Below, in pieces: positions 33,491-34,140 of a stretch of DNA of 34,140 nt. The notes below the pieces were generated by a model. It was not told the origin of the DNA. It worked only from the letters and a program-made list of their open reading frames with translations, and did no database searches. Each line of letters starts with the position of its first letter. Position 1 is the first letter of the stretch. Origin of the DNA: a virus (Duplodnaviria; Caudoviricetes). Location of the stretch: the IMG/VR virus record IMGVR_UViG_3300021091_002721, positions 1 to 34,140 of that record. One strand, 5' to 3'. A program made the translations under genes and the position numbers.

Positions 33491-33700
33491 TTATTTCACC
33501 AATACATTTCCATTAGCATAGAAGGTTTTGGTATACATTTTACCCATTGGGTCAGATAGATTATAGGTTGCGTATTCTTTAGCGTTTCCGTGGTCTACGC
33601 ATTTATCCCACGCTTTCACCGCTTCAAGCAAATCTGATACTCGCAGGGTATTTACCAATTCTCCGTCATACGAAGTGGTAAGCGCATAAGTGTATTCCAT
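33491..33700 (-). CDS. hypothetical protein
   Basis: 69 aa, GAGGA RBS. Confidence 0.7.
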   Translation of the reverse strand: MEYTYALTTSYDGELVNTLRVSDLLEAVKAWDKCVDHGNAKEYATYNLSDPMGKMYTKTFYANGNVLVK

Positions 33701-33982
33701 TTAGTAGTCCTCTCTTTCAATTAGCCACTCGTTTAAGTGGTGTTGTTCAATAATAGCCCAAGCAGGGGCAGTAGTCAAACCCTTATAGGTTATGCCTTCG
33801 GGCATTGGTATTTCCAAATCCCATAAGCCTAAGTCATTTACGGCATCTATGGCTTCAACACAAGGCTGAATCATAGACTTAGGAACGGGAGGGAAGTGAT
33901 TAGCAGTTAAGTGAATTGCTAACTGCCTTTCAATAGTCATGTCATCAAGGTTGGCTAAGTCGTGAGCGAAGTTGCTTCCCAT
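33701..33982 (-). CDS. hypothetical phage protein
   Basis: 93 aa, GGAGG RBS; HL..NHFPPVP...AIIEQHHL. Confidence 0.75.
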   Translation of the reverse strand: MGSNFAHDLANLDDMTIERQLAIHLTANHFPPVPKSMIQPCVEAIDAVNDLGLWDLEIPMPEGITYKGLTTAPAWAIIEQHHLNEWLIEREDY

Positions 33983-33984
33983 TA

Positions 33985-34140
33985 TTAGTTAGCCTCCGCA
34001 GTTTCCCAAATAGTTTTCTCAAGGCTTTTATCTGCCCAAATAACTTCTCCGTCATAGTCAAAGATTATTTCGTGTGGATTACACTCGCAATTCTCAAAGT
34101 CATAGTCCTCGCCATTTCCCCAATAGTGAGTGCCTCTGCC
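33985..34140 (-). CDS. hypothetical protein, 3' part (5' end outside window)
   Basis: Open frame ...GRGTHYWGNGEDYDFENCECNPHE...WETAEAN*. Confidence 0.6.
   Translation of the reverse strand, partial: GRGTHYWGNGEDYDFENCECNPHEIIFDYDGEVIWADKSLEKTIWETAEAN

Noticed and set aside
1-34140. Stop-codon reassignment
   Set aside because: Standard code gives dense, full-length coupled genes ending in TAA, TAG and TGA

Overview
AT-rich, gene-dense segment of a large dsDNA phage genome, most likely infecting (freshwater-type) Actinobacteria: it carries whiB, an FmdB-type zinc ribbon, AGAAAGG ribosome-binding sites, Hsp20, SpeD, DUF932 and a tRNA-Asp, and has no host housekeeping synteny. It has three zones. 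(1) 1-11.6 kb, plus-strand genes including a tightly coupled cassette GT61-GT61-nucleotidyltransferase-cupin-RuBisCO-like protein (form IV)-phosphodiesterase-like, plus a flavin halogenase. (2) 11.6-25.6 kb, mixed-strand accessory enzymes (2OG-Fe(II) oxygenases, sulfotransferase-like, SGNH-like, two RsmI-like methyltransferases), often on their own extended -10 promoters. (3) 25.6-34.1 kb, a minus-strand early/hyperplastic-type region built of 1-2 kb modules with at least 12 sigma70-type promoters, a bipartite DNA motif at module boundaries, and a covarying small RNA pseudoknot (6 copies in the window), two copies of which cap larger structured non-coding RNAs. Best candidates for new biology: the phage RuBisCO-like sugar-modification cassette and the dispersed RNA/DNA motif architecture. 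All calls are from motif recognition by eye; no database searches were run.
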